Shown here piece by piece: positions 48,678 through 61,944 of a DNA stretch of 64,000 nucleotides. Location of the stretch: the NCBI GenBank assembly GCA_030390025.1, contig CM059432.1:83392001-83456000 (forward strand), given 5' to 3'. The notes under the pieces were generated by a model. It saw only the letters and a program-made list of their open reading frames with translations, was not told the origin of the DNA and did no database searches. Each line of letters starts with the position of its first letter. Positions within the stretch are counted from its first letter, which is position 1. Source of the DNA: Squalus acanthias (lineage: Eukaryota). The position numbers and the translations under genes were made by a program.

Positions 48678-50557
48678 ATGCTGAGCCTCAGCACAGGGAG
48701 AAAGTGAGAAGATTCTCAGACGTGGCTCTGGAAGCACTGGTGGTGGCCGTGGAGAGGAGGCGGGCTGTCCTCTTCCAGCAAGGCGGCAGAAAGCCATCGG
48801 GACATACATTCAGAAGGCTGTGGTGGGAGATAGCCACTCGTGACGGCCAGCACTGTGGTCCCCAGGTCGGCCATCCAGTGCCGAAAGAAATTTAATGATC
48901 TCACACGGCAGGTCAAGGTGAGTGAAGGCTTCAGCAAATGCCATATCCCACCATCTGCACCACAAGCCTCACACACTGCTCAATGCACCACTCCCCCAGC
49001 ACTCACCTACCAACAATCTCTATCATCACTCACATCTCACAATCATAGCTTCACTTCACCCTCACAACCTTACCACTGCTGCAGCGCCTCACACCTTGCA
49101 CACACTGACAACTATTCAACTATGGCAGGCACATCACCCAAACACTGCATCACACTCACTCACACACTTCCCTTTCTCTTGCAGGCCAAGCTGGCACATA
49201 ATCGCTGGGAGCAGCAGCAGACAGACGGGGGCCAGGCAAGCACGCAGGACTTCAGCCAGCTGGAGGAACGAGTACTGTAGATAATTGGGCGGCATGTGGT
49301 AGAGGCCGTAGTAACTAGTGAGGTTGAACCACCTGGGGACAACAATGGTATTCTCATTCCTAATCCTTCTTCTCAAATCCCACTTCCCCTTCATCCCACA
49401 ATCTCTTCTCGCTTTCAAGCTACTGATGCTGTATGCATGCATATCTTGCTTTCCCGCTCCCATCCCTCACCATAACCCAACTCTTGTGCCTTTCTGCTTT
49501 CAGGTAATCAACAAGCACCTAACAGCCTGTCCCCGACGTCATTGCAGAGAGCATAGGGGGAGAAGAAGAAGACACCACATTACTGCATCTGTCACTCGCA
49601 GACTGCAGCTTAGAAACTGGCACTACGCAAACTTTAGAGGCTAGCGTAGTAATGGGATCTGCACTGGGCGATGCACCGGGCACAAGTGGGCTGCAGCAAG
49701 ACCAGGGGGAAAAGGTAGCTTGGGAGCCAGCTCCCTGGAGGGCGAGTTCACATGCGAGTTCTGCTGCACAGGACTCAGATGCGGACCTTGATGGGCAGGC
49801 ATACCGAATTGATGGATGCAATGGCAAGCCTGCATGAGAGCCTCTCGGCAATGTTAAGGAGCGTGGAGGAGTCCGCCTCCAACATTGCACAGGGCTTCGC
49901 GCAGAGCATGGAGCCCAGGATTTCCAGCCTGGAAATGATGGTACACTCCCAAAGAGACTGTGGCGAACCAGACGTGATGGCGTGCATGATGGGCGATGTT
50001 GCAGCTTCCATTGCAGCACAGGTGGAAGCGACCCAACATCTTAGTGCTGCAGCAGAAGCTCAGACTGCTGTCATGCAGTCGCAGCTTGAAGCCACCCAAG
50101 CTCTGACTGCTGCCATCATGGCTGAGTTTACCACCGTCGACCGGGGCTTTCAGGGTGTCGCAGCAGGCCAGCACTCTGTGCTCCAACAGATTGCTAGGAA
50201 TGCTTAGGCGTCGCCCCGGGGGAGTGGCAGTAGGAGCAGGACCCTGCTGTCCTCTCTCAAGATGACAGTATTCCTGTTCTGACCTCTGCCACTTCGCCAT
50301 TGCCCTTGCCGCTGTCTGTCAGCCAGCCAGCCCACACTGCTGCCACCCATGCAGAAGTGGTGCAGTCTACAGCAGGGCCTTCTAAGACCAGAGCTGCTCG
50401 AGGTTGTCCTGCAAGGCCATCTGAAATCTTCTGCATGGAAACTCAGCAGCCTTCCACCAGCCATGCTGCAGCCACTGGGGGAGCACTTTGTAGGAGCACT
50501 AGATCAGGAAAGGGCACCCAAACGACAGGCACTAAGGCATTGCACAAGGGTGATTAG
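48678..50557 (+). pseudogene. Harbinger Myb/SANT gene (exons 48678-48917, 49185-49347, 49504-50557), disrupted
   Basis: RFSDVALEALVVAVERRRAVLF..QCRKKFNDL|AKLAHNR..TDGG; canonical splice sites; stops and frameshifts. Confidence 0.8.
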
Positions 50558-50737
50558 TTAATATTTTTCATGGAATATGTGCGATTTGATTTGGGATAAA
50601 TTTATTAATTTTGTTTGGAATCTTTTGTGGTGTCTCTCATTTCAGCTTTGTGCCCAAGACAGCGCTGTGATAGTCCGTGAGACGGGGATGGTATGATGGG
50701 GATGTGGTGAGCAACGGGGATCTGGGGGTTCATTCAT

Positions 50738-51345
50738 TGGAATTGCAGTCTGATGAGCCGTTCACGGGGAGCCCGTCCAGAGGGTGATGAGCTGCCTGCC
50801 TCCTCCCTCCTCGTCCTCTTGCTCCTCATGGTCCTCCTCATCCTCTTCCTTCTTGTCCTCCTCCCCCTTGTCCTCCTGAGGTGATGCCGCAATCCCTGGT
50901 GGCAAGGTCTGTGCCCTCATGATGGCCAAGTTCTGAAGCATGCAGCAGACCAACACGAAATGGGACACCTGCTCCGGTGAGTACTGGAGGGCTCCTCTCG
51001 AGTGGTCAAGGCAGCGGAACCATTTCTTCAGTAGCTCGATGGTCCGCCCAATGATATTCCTGGTGGAAGCATGGCTCTCATTATAGGAGTGCTGGGCACA
51101 AGTGTTGGGGTTACGGAGGGGAGTCATGAGCCAGGTGGAGAGCGGATAGCCCTTGTCTCCAAGCAGACACCCTCGAGCCTGATGTGGTGGCTGGAAGATT
51201 GCTGGCTCACCAGACTGACGCAGGTTGAATGCATCATGGCTGCTGGCAGGATAGCGGGCATTGACACTGAGGAATCGCTGTGTGTGGTCGCACACCAATT
51301 GCACATTAAGTGAGTGGTAGCCTTTCGGTTATGGAAGATCTCAGG
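50738..51345 (-). pseudogene. Harbinger transposase C-terminal half
   Basis: [34 protein letters not shown] and an acidic tail. Confidence 0.9.
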
Positions 51346-51349
51346 ATAT

Positions 51350-52440
51350 TGTTAATGTTCCCTCTCCTCAGGAACTATCCCCCTCCCCTTCAAATCTGCT
51401 GTTATGACCCCCCTCTTCAAAAAAAACACCCTTGACCCCTCTGCCCTTCCAAACTACCGCCCCATCTCTAAACTTCCTTTCCTCTCCAAAGTCCTTGAAC
51501 ATGTTGTCGCCTCCTAAATCCGTGCCCACCTTCCCGCAACTCCATGTTTGAATCCCTCCAGTCAGGTTTCCGCCCCTGCCACAGTACTGAAATGGCCCTT
51601 AGAAAAGTCACAAATGACATCCTATGTGACTGTGACCGTGGTAAACTATCCCTCCTCACTCTTCTCGACCTGTCTGCAGCCTTTGACATGGTTGACCACA
51701 CCATCCTCCTCCAACGCCTTTACTCCGTCGTCCAGCTGGAATGGATTGCCCTCACCTGGTTCCATTATTATCTATCCAGTTGTAGTCAGAGAATCACCTG
51801 CAATGGCTTCTCTTCCCTCTCCTGCACCTTTACCCCTGGAGTCTCCCAAGGATCTATCCTTGGCCCCCTACTATTTCTCATCTGCATGACACCACCTCTC
51901 TCAGCCCTTCCAGTCTTTCTGATTTTCTGAGATCCAGTACTGGATAAACAGAAATTTCCTCCAACTAAATATTGGAAAGACTGAAACCACTTCCTTCGGT
52001 CTCCGCCACAAGTTTCGTTCACCCATCATCCCTGTGATTGCTGACCTACATTGGTTCCCTGTCTGGCCAAGCCTCGATTTTAAAACTCTCATTCTTTTTT
52101 TCAAAACCCTCCATGGCCTCACCTCTCTTTATCTCTGTAACTTCCTCCAGCCCTCCGAGATATCTGCGCTCCTCCAATTCTAACCTCTTGTGCATCCCCG
52201 ATTTTAATCGCTCCTTCAGCTGCCTACGCTCTAAATTCTGGAATTCCCTCCCTAAACCTCATCTCCTTTCTACCTCTCTCTCCTTCTTTAAGACGCTCCT
52301 TAAAACCTACCTCTCTGTCCTAATATCTCCTTATGTGGCTCGGTGTCAAATTTAGTTTGATAATCGCTCCTGTGAAGCGCCTTGGGACGTTTTACTATAT
52401 TAAAGGTGTTTTATAAATGCAAGTTTTTGTTGTGGTTGAC
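51350..52440 (+). mobile_element. L2-like LINE fragments with internal deletions
   Basis: QSGFRPCHSTE..LLDLSAAFDMVDH..GVSQGSILGP and an L2-type 3' tail. Confidence 0.85.
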
Positions 52441-52894
52441 TTAAGCCAAGATTTAAATTCCATCCAGAGCTGAAAACTAATCTCTCACGATGATTAATGT
52501 GTGTTTGCGGTACTCTTCTGGTATGAACTATTTGTACAGCACCTCCAAATTGTGTTCTGCCACTCAAAGCAAAAGGAGTATAAGAAGGGCAGCAAAGCTG
52601 TGCCCAGCCAGGATGTGTTCAACACGTTCAATAACAGTACTCTTCATGGGAGAACCATATACTGGCACAATGGGACCTGGAGCCCCCCTCTTCAGTTCTC
52701 CAGTCTCCCGCTGTATCTCCGGTGGAACCCCCACGACCGCTAGCGCTGTTTCCCTGCGGCTTCTGCCAGTCTCCCGCTGGAGTTATGGGGGGATCGCTGG
52801 GAGAACTTCCATAGAATTTCAGGGCCTGAGTTTTATCATGCAGTGAAGTGACACCTATTTGTGAAGAACGGAACAGTAGATTGCAAATACAAGA

Positions 52895-53740
52895 ATTATA
52901 GAATCATAGAATGATACACCATGAAGAAGGCCATTCGGACCATCGTGACTGTGCCAGCTGTTTGAAAGAGCGAACCAATTAGTCCCACTTCCCTGCTCTT
53001 TCCCTATAGCCCAACACATTTTTCCTTTTTCAAGTATTTACCCAATTCCCTTTTGAAAGTTATTATTGAATCTGCTTCAACCATCCTTTCAGGCAGTGCA
53101 TTCCACATCAAAACAACTCGCTGCGTAAAATAATTTGTTCCGCATGTCGCCTCTTTTACCAATCACCTTAAATCTTTGTCGTCTGGTTACCGACCCTGCT
53201 GCCACAGGAAAGAGTTTCTCTTTATTTACTCTATCAAATACCTTCAAGATTTTGAAATCCTCTATCAAATCTCCCCTTAACCTTCTCTGCTGTAAGGAGA
53301 ACAACCTCAGTTTCTCTAGTCTCCCCTCATAACTGAAATCTTTCATCCCTAGTACCATTCTAGTGAATCTCCTCTGCACACGCTCTAAGGCCTTGACATC
53401 CTTCCTAAAGTGTGGTGCCCAGATTTGAACACAATACTCCAGCTTGGGCTTAACCAGTGTTTTATAAAGGTTTATCATAACTTCCTTGCTTTTGTACTCT
53501 ATGCCTCTGTTTATAAAGCCAAGTATTCCGTATGCCTTCTTAACAGACTTCTCAACTTGTCCTGCTGCCTTCAAAGACTTGTGTACATATACCCCCAGGT
53601 CTCTGTTCCCGCGCCCCCTTTAAAATTGTACCGTTTAGTTTATATTGCCTCTCCTCATTCTTCCTACCAAAATGAATCACTTTACACTTCACTGTGTTAA
53701 ATTTCATCTGCCATGTGTCTGCCCATTTCACCAGTCTGTT
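52895..53740 (-). mobile_element. CR1 3' end
   Basis: KAYGILGFINRGIEYKS..LEYCVQIWAP; (ATAGAATC)n tail. Confidence 0.88.
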
Positions 53741-55797
53741 AGGACCTAGCAACTAAATCCTAATTATATTACAATGTGAAAAAAGTCTCACTGAAGCATA
53801 AACTGGCTTTGAGGAGTAAGAGTCAAACAAGTTGGCAAATGCAGCATGGCAGAAAAAAAGCTGACTGACAATTCTCAATTATAATACAAATTGCACAATT
53901 AAATGAATCAGCCAGGGCTGCTGAAATAATGTGAAGAAATGTAACCGAAATAAAATGGATTTCCTTTGCTGCCGGTGGTGCCTGGCACTGAAGTGAGCTG
54001 TGGGCGAGTTTGGAGGAGAAAGAACTGTTTCTGCTTTAAAGAAGATGTGATAAACTTGGGGATGACGAAGAATGGAAGGGAAGAGAGATAGTGGGCGTGG
54101 GAAAACTGGGCATCAACCAGGAGAAAAAACATTTTTTGTAAGTTGCTTGGATCCTGTTCAGAACATGTGGGGAGAGGAGTAAGCCATTCAGCCCCTCATG
54201 TCAGTTACGCCAGCCTATTAGATCATGGCTGATCTGTCCCCTTATCCCATGAAAATCTATTGATCTCAGTCTTGAAAATTTAAATTAAGAACGTAAGAAA
54301 TAGGAGTAGGCCATTCGGCTTTTAATGAGATCATGGCTGATCCGATTTTGGCCTCAACTCCACTTTCCTGCCCGTTCCCCATAACCCTTGACTCCCCTGT
54401 TGCTCAAAAATCTGTCTATCTCAGCCTTGAATATATTCAATGTTTATCTGTTCAATGTTCAATGATTATATGTTCAATAATTAAACCGGCATCCATAGCC
54501 TTTTGGAGGACTAGTTCCAGATTTCCACTCCAGAGTAATACTTAAAAAGCACGTTTTTTGGCATGATAATTTCCTCTACAGTATTTAATGGTTGTTTGCT
54601 GCTGGAGGAGTGGGCGAGGGTGGTTTCTCTGGGGAGAGTAGAGTCATCCAGAGATGAATAGTGGAGATGTAAGCTTCATTCAAAATAGACATTTGGGGTG
54701 AGTTTAAATTTGATTGTGTCTGCTCACAGTAATTGGCTTTAGTGGCAGACTTTGCGACTGTGTGGTATAATAAATGAGGCCTAGTTTAACAGCAAATGGA
54801 TAATCTGCACTGGTGGAAATTTGATTGAAGCCCAAAACTCTGCCCAAAAATCTGTGTGAAGTGACCAGAGAGTTCACTGACAGGTGGACGATTTTCTCAT
54901 TTATTTCCTGCAGTGTAAAATTTTACTTTTTTAAATTATAATTATGGAGATAACAAATTATACATTAAAGAATCACTAATCAGGCCACTGTTTACATGTT
55001 TGTAAATCTGATAATCTGTCTTGTCAAAATATGAATTACATTCAAGTATTGGTTTAAACTTTTCAAAATGGAATAACATGAAACAAAATGAAATTTCTAC
55101 ACTATTCATTTCTTTACTGGCATGTTAGTGAGAACATTGTCCTGAGGCTTTTTGTTTCTAATGTCTGTATTTATTGGTGAAAAGATCTGGTGAAGCAAAT
55201 GAAAGCATCAAGTGACATCTTGTGGTGAAAGTTTGAACTGCACATTGTGATTGCTGTACTTACACCAGCGCGGGTGCTACAGTTTCAATAGATTTGCATC
55301 AGCTTGTGTTGCTTATGATACTTGTTTGGGGCTGGTGTGACATCATTATTTTTACAAACTGTGACCTGACCAAATAAAACATAAGTATTAAAGTCTTAAA
55401 TATGTTGACATCGAATATAATAAGAACATAAGAACATAAGAAATAGGAGCAGGAATAGGCCACTTGGCCCCTCGAGCCTGCTCCACCATTCAATAAGATC
55501 ATGGCTGATCTTGGGCTCAAAGCCACTTCCCAGCCCGCTGCCCATAACCCTTCACTCCCTTATCTTGCAAAAATTTGTCTATCTCCATTTTAAATGTATT
55601 TAATGACCCAGCCTCCACAGCTCTCTGGGGCATAGAATTCCAAAAATTTACGACCCTCTGAGAGAAGAAGTTCCTCCTCATCTCAGTTCTAAAAGGGTGA
55701 CCCTTTATTCTGAGACTGTGCCCCCGAGTTCTAGATTTCCCCATGAGGGGAAACATCCTCTCTGCATCTACCCTGTCGAGCCCTCTCAGTATCTTAT

Positions 55798-56558
55798 GGG
55801 GCAGAAATTAGGCTCGCCACGGGTGAGTACGCACTATGTACTCACCCGTGGACGGAACGAAAGTGCCGGTTTCTTGCATGCACTGCGCATGTGCGGGAAA
55901 CTGGCACTTTCGTTCCCCTGAAGGAAGGGGTTCAGAGGTCGAACGCGCACGCCGGAGAGGCAGCGCGTAGACCTCGCACTTTTTTTTTTACAGGTTCCTC
56001 CGTGAGGGTAAGCACGGAAAAGATACACTTTGAAAAAGGAGGCGCAAGGCCTTCTTTTAACAAGGTAAGTGGTGATTTTATTCAAATTTAAACATTTTTT
56101 TCATAGATTATCTTTTTTAATTACTTTAAAGAAAGGTAAGTTTAGTTTTAGCCCCGTTAAAAACTGTAATTATTTTTTTCAAAAATTTTAATTTTTGTTT
56201 AAAATAGTTAATTTATGTTATTTATAGTTATTTTAAAAATGTGATGTTTTTAAAAAATTTATTTGTAGTTTTAGGGAGGTTTTGGGGCTGATTTGTATTC
56301 ATAGATTTGACAGGTCTTCCTGTCAAATCTATGAATGAAAGGTGGCCTGCTGCCATTGGCTCTCCATGGCCCACATGATCCCAGGGAACGCATCGCACTA
56401 ACTATGCCCCTGGGATACGCAAGCACTGCGCGCCGGCAGTTGGAGGAGGCCCAGGAGCCGAATTCCCCGCGGGCCCAGGGGTCAACGGCAGGCGCGGTAG
56501 GTAGGTGCGCGCGCGATCCTTGCACCCGCGGGAAGCCAGGGAGCCGAATTTCTGGCCC
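55798..56558. mobile_element. Harbinger-type MITE, hairpin-rich family
   Basis: TIRs GGGGCAGAAATT / AATTTCTGGCCC; TSD TAT/AAT; colinear with 24446-25210. Confidence 0.9.
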
Positions 56559-59500
56559 AATATGTTTCAATAAGATCACCTCTCATTCTTCTAAATTCCA
56601 ATGAGTATAGGCCCAGCCTGCTCAACCTTTCCTCATAAGTCAAACCCCGCATCTCTGGAATTAACCTAGTGAATCGTCTCTGAACTGCCTCCAATGCAAG
56701 TATATCCTTCCTTAAATAAGGAGACCAAAACTGTACGCAGTACTCAAGGTGTGGTCTCACCAATACCTTGTACAGTTGTAGCAGGACTTTCCTGCTTTTA
56801 TACTCCAACCCCCTTGCAATAAAGGCCAACATTCCATTTGCCTTTTTGATTACTTGCTGTACCTGCATGCTAACTTTTTGTGTTTCATGCACAAGGACCC
56901 CCAGGTCCCTCTGAACTGTAGCATTTTGTAATCTCTCTCCATTTAAATAATAGTTTGCTTTTTTATTTTTCCTGCCAAAGTGTATAACCTCGCACTTTCC
57001 CACATTATACTCCATCTGCCAAATGTTTGCCCACTCACCTAACCTGTCTATATCCCTTTGCAGATTCTTTGAGTCCTCTGCACAACTTGCTTTCCCACCC
57101 ATCTTTGTATCATCCGCAAACTTGGCTACATTACACTCGATCCCTTCATCCAAGTCATTAATGTAGATTGTAAATAGTTGGGGCCCGAGCACCGATCCGT
57201 GTGGCACCCCACTAGTTACCATTTGCCAACCAGAAAATGACCCATTTATCCCGACTCTCTGCTTTCTGTTATATTAGCATGGATAGAGAATTGGCTAACT
57301 GTTACCCCCAACTTTGTGAGCTCTTATCTTATGCAGTAACCTTTTATGTGGCACCTTATCGAATGCCTTCTGGAAATCCAAATACACCACATCCACTGGC
57401 TCACCCTTGTCCACCCTGCTTGTTACATCCTCAAAGAACTCCAGCAAATTTGTTAAACATGATTTCCCTTTCATAAAACCATGCTGACTCTGTTTGACTG
57501 CAGTATGTTTTTCTAAATGCCCTGCTACTGCTTCCTTAATGAAGGACTCCAGCATTTTCCCAATGACAGATGTTAGGCTAACTGGTCTATAGTTTCCTGC
57601 TTTCTGTCTCCCTCCTTTCTTAAATAGGGGTGTTACATTAGCGGTTTTCCAATCCGCTGGGACCTCTCCAGAGTCCAGGGAATTTTGGTATATTGCAACC
57701 ACTGCATCCACTATCTCTGCAGCCACCTCTTTTAAGACCCTGGGATGCAGGCCATCTGGTCAAGGGGATTTGTCGTCTTTTAGTCCCATTATTTTACCGA
57801 GTACTATTTCCTTAGTGATAGTGATTGTCTTTAGTTCTCCCCTCCCTGTGGCCCCTTGATTATCCATTATTGGGATGTTGTTGGTGTCTTCTACCGTGAA
57901 GACAGATGCAAAATATTTGTTCAGAGTCTCTGCCATTTCCCCGTTCCCCATTATTAATTTCCCAGTCACATCCTCTAAGGGACCAACGTTTAGTTTAGCT
58001 ACCCTCTTCCTTTTTATATACCTGTAGAAGCTCTTACTATCTGTTTTAATGTTTCTTGCCAGTTTACTCTCATAATTCATCTTCTCTCTCTTTATTATTT
58101 TTTTAGTCATCTTTGCTGGTTTTCAAAAATTTCCCAATCCTCTGGTCTCCCACCAATCTTGGCGACATTGTATGCCTTCGTTTCCAATTTGATACCATCC
58201 TTTACTTCCTTAGTTAGCCACGGATGGTGCTCCCTTCTCTTAAAATCTTTCTTTCTCACTGGAATATATTTTTGTTGAGAGTTATGAAATATCTCCTTAA
58301 ATGTCTGCCACTGCATTTCAACTTTCTTACCCTTTAATTTGTTTTTCCAGTCCACTTTAGCCAGTTCTGCCCTCATGCCATTATAATTGCCTTTGTTTAA
58401 GATCAGGACACTGGTTTGGGAGACAACTTTCTCACCCTCCAACTGAATTTGAAATTCAACCATGCTATGATCACTCTTTCCTAGAGGATCCTTTACTATG
58501 AGATCATTTATTAATTCTGTCTCATTACACAGTACCAGATCCAAGATAGCCTGCTCCCTGGTTGGTTACATTACATACTGTTCTAGGAAAGCATCCCGGA
58601 TGCACTCTATGAACTCCTCCTCCAGGCTACCATGGCCAATTTAATTTGTCCAATCAATATGGAGATTAAAATCACCCATGATTATTACCGTACTTTTTTT
58701 ACAGGCCTCCATTATTTGTTGATTTATACTCTGTCCAACAGCATTGCTACTGTTCGAGGGCCCACCAGAGACTTTTTCCCCTTATTATTTTTTATCTCCA
58801 CCCAAACCGATTCTACATCTTGATCTTCTGAGCCAATATCACTTCTCACCACTGCACTGATCCCATCTTTTACCAACAAAGCCACCCCACCTCCCTTTCG
58901 TTTCTTTCTATCCTTCTGAATGATCATATACCCTGGAATATTCAGTTCCCAGCCCTGGTCGCCTTGCAACCACGTCTCTGTAATGGCGATCAGATCATAT
59001 CCATTTGTATCTATTTGTGCCGTCAACTCATTTATCTTGTTACGAATGTTGTGTGCATTCAGATATAGAGCTTTTATCTTTGTCTTTTTACCATTTTTCC
59101 TTGTTTTGGCCTTTTTTTCTGTTACACTCTTATTTTTAAACATTCTGTCCCTTCCTGTCACACTCTGGTTATTATTTCCCCCATCTGTAGCCTGCTCTAT
59201 TGCTTTCTCATTTCTCTTGACTGTTTATTTTCCCGCTCACCTGGATCCTCCCCCCCACTATTTAGTTTAAAGCCCTCTCTACAGCCCTAGTTATTCGATT
59301 TGCCAGGACTCTAGCCCCAGCATGGTTCAAGTGAAGCCCGTCCAAACGGAACAGCTCCCTCTTATCCCAGTACTGGTGCCAGTGCCCCACAAATCAAAAC
59401 CCATTTCTCCACACCAGTCTTTGAGCCACTCGTTCATTTCTCTGATCTTATTTACCCTATGCAAATTCGCTCGTGGCTCAGGTAGTAATCCAGAGATTAT

Positions 59501-60416
59501 TACCTTTGTGGTTCTGCTTTTTAATTTAGCCACTAGCTGCTCATACTCTCTCAGCAGAACCTCTTTCTTTGTCCTACCTATGTCATTGGTACCTACGTGG
59601 ACCATGACAACTGGATCTTCCCCCTCCCACCCCAAGTTTCTCTCCAGCCCAGAGGAGATGTCCTTAACCCTGGCACCGGGCAGGCAACACAGCCTTCGGG
59701 ACTCACGCTCTCAGCTGCAGAGAACAGTATCTATCCCCCTCACTATACTGTCCCCAATCACTACAATATTTCTTTTTGCTCCCCCCACTTGAATGGCTCC
59801 CTGTACCACGGTGCTGTGGTCAGTTTGCTCATCCTCCCTGAAGTCGCTGGCCTTGTCCACACACGGAGCAAGAATCTCGTACCTGTTGGACAAGGCCAAG
59901 GGCTGAGGCTCCTCCACCACTACCTCCTGGATCCCAATACCTGCCTCACTTGTAGTTACACCCTCCTGTCCCTGACCATGGGCCAAATTGGAAGTAATTA
60001 TTCTAGTGGGTGTGACTGCCTCCTGGAATATAGTGTCCAGGTAACACTCCCCCTCCCTAATGTGTCACAGTGTCTGAAGCTCGGACTCCAGCTCATCAAC
60101 TCTGAGCTGAAGTTTCTCGAGCAGCCAACATTTGCTGCAGATGTGGTCGCTGTGGACTTCAATGGTGTCCACCAGCTCCCACATGCAACAACAACAACAC
60201 ATTGCCTGGTCTCCCATCTCAATTAATTAATTAGTTTTAAAATTTGGAACACTTATATCTTTTAATCTACAACAAGGCACGTAAATTTAGACGCTCAAGT
60301 TTGGAAAAAAAAGCGAGAAATAGAGAAATACTCACCAGCCAATCACTTACCTGCTTTCTGGTGACTTCGATTACTTTTTACTTCTTTACACTCACCGGTC
60401 CCTTGTATCTCAGCGT

Positions 60417-60680
60417 CTCCCGGGTTTTGGTGCTCTCCCTGTGCTTCCGCTGCTTTTGTACTCTCCTGGGTTTTGGTGCTCTCCCTGTGTTCCCGCTGCT
60501 TTTGTACTCTCCTGGGTTTTGGCGCTCTCCCTGTGTTCCCGCTGCTTTTGTACTCTCCTGGGTTTTGGTGCTCTCCCTGTGTTCCCGCTGCTTTTGTACT
60601 CTCCTGGGTTTTGGTGCTCTCCCTGTGTTCCCGCTGCTTTTGAACTCTCCCGGGTTTTGGCGCTCTCGCTCTGCTCCCGT
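60417..60680. repeat. 46-bp tandem repeat (about 5.7 copies) in the CR1 5' UTR
   Basis: Units start at 60417, 60463, 60509, 60555, 60601 and 60647. Confidence 0.95.
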
Positions 60681-61255
60681 GTATATGTGTAGCTGGGCAC
60701 GTTCCAGTTTAAGTGCTAGGAAGGGCACTCCTACGGTTGCTGCCACTGACCCTGCAGAAGTTCATGAGACCAGGAGGCAGGCCATGAAAAGCAGGCCTTT
60801 AGCGCTTGGGGGGCACATTTGGGGTGCCTTCCACCAGAAGAGGCTGCATAGTGTAACATAAATGGCCAACAGCAGGGAGGGGCATGCCAGGCCCAAAACA
60901 AAATGTAAAAGAGTCTCCCGAATCTTCAGGCCCCATTCCCGCCTGGATCCCCTTCCCCTCCTGGTAGAGCCCATTTACATTGGGATTTCTCTTCTCTCTT
61001 GCCTTACTCTCTTCTGATTTTACACTAGGTTGGGATCAGGGTCTCCCAGTGTTGGGAGTATGCACCCTTGGCCTCGCCCCCTCTGATGCGGTTGCTTAAA
61101 TAAGGGATGGCCTGCCATCCACTTCTATTAGGCCCTGTGGAAGCTCCTGGGAGTGGAGGAGAGCTGAGGCAACCAGGTCTCTGCCATTTTCTGAGGAACT
61201 CCGATGAGCTCCCCCTGACAATACAGAGGGAGCTCGAAGGAATTTCGGCCTCACT

Positions 61256-61440
61256 GGGGTAGATTTTCAACTTGCAACTGGGTATAAAATTGACGTTGTT
61301 GGTCAGCTGCGTGTTATAGAAACCGCCTGAGTTTCCTTTTCATTGACATGAATGGAAATGAAACTTGGGAGCTTTCTATAACGGGTGGCTGATCTGCAAA
61401 GTCAGTTTTACGCCCAGATGGCAAGTTAAAAATCTACCTC
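61256..61440. mobile_element. Short palindromic MITE
   Basis: GGGGTAGATTTTCAACTTGC / GCAAGTTAAAAATCTACCTC, with imperfect symmetry along its whole length. Confidence 0.75.
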
Positions 61441-61944
61441 ATTATTCATTCATTGTGAAAAATGTACCAAATACCAGCCCAAAGTTAGATATAAAACTAC
61501 AAATTATGAAGTGGTAAGAAATAGTGCAGCTTTTTAAAAAATCAACAAAAACCTTTTCCCATGAATACATGTTTTTGTGGTGACAGAGCAGTGCATGGCA
61601 GTCAAGAAGTGGGTCCCAATGCACATCACTGCCACAGAAACAGATAATACACATCAGGCTTATTTAACAGAAATTATAGCTGTGAAAATGAGATGGAACA
61701 TTTTATACTTATAATTAAAATAGGACACAGAAATATGTTCAAATAAATTTTCTCTTTGTTAAAACTGACTTCAAAAGAAATTCAAATTAAGTTATGAGAG
61801 TTTGCAAGAACAACGGTATTAATAAAGTTCTCAAACTTTTGTTCTTGCCATTATAGACCTCACTTTTAACTAAAAGTGAGAATGGGCTTTAATGTGGCCA
61901 AATGGAGTAATGAGTTGATGTACCAACATTATCCACGACAGTGT

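Larger units (their letters stand above)
47885..51345. mobile_element. Decayed Harbinger, copy 3: Myb gene (+) and transposase 3' half (-)
   Basis: End GGGCTAAAAATT; convergent genes homologous to copy 1; truncated by an L2 at about 51350. Confidence 0.85.
55420..60715 (-). mobile_element. Near full-length CR1 (HER1-like) LINE: 5' UTR, ORF1 (about 60222-59270), ORF2 (about 59161-55517), (TAAGAACA)n tail
   Basis: ORF1 has Cys motifs, NRYEIL and the esterase motifs IGDSIVRG/VHVGTND. ORF2 has YLNAHNI, ITETWL, QHGF, DFQKAFD and FADD, with several frameshifts. Confidence 0.92.

Noticed and set aside
60417..60680. CRISPR-like array, or the 205-aa ORF 60244-60861
   Set aside because: Head-to-tail 46-bp units with no unique spacers, in eukaryotic DNA; the ORFs are by-products of the repeat.
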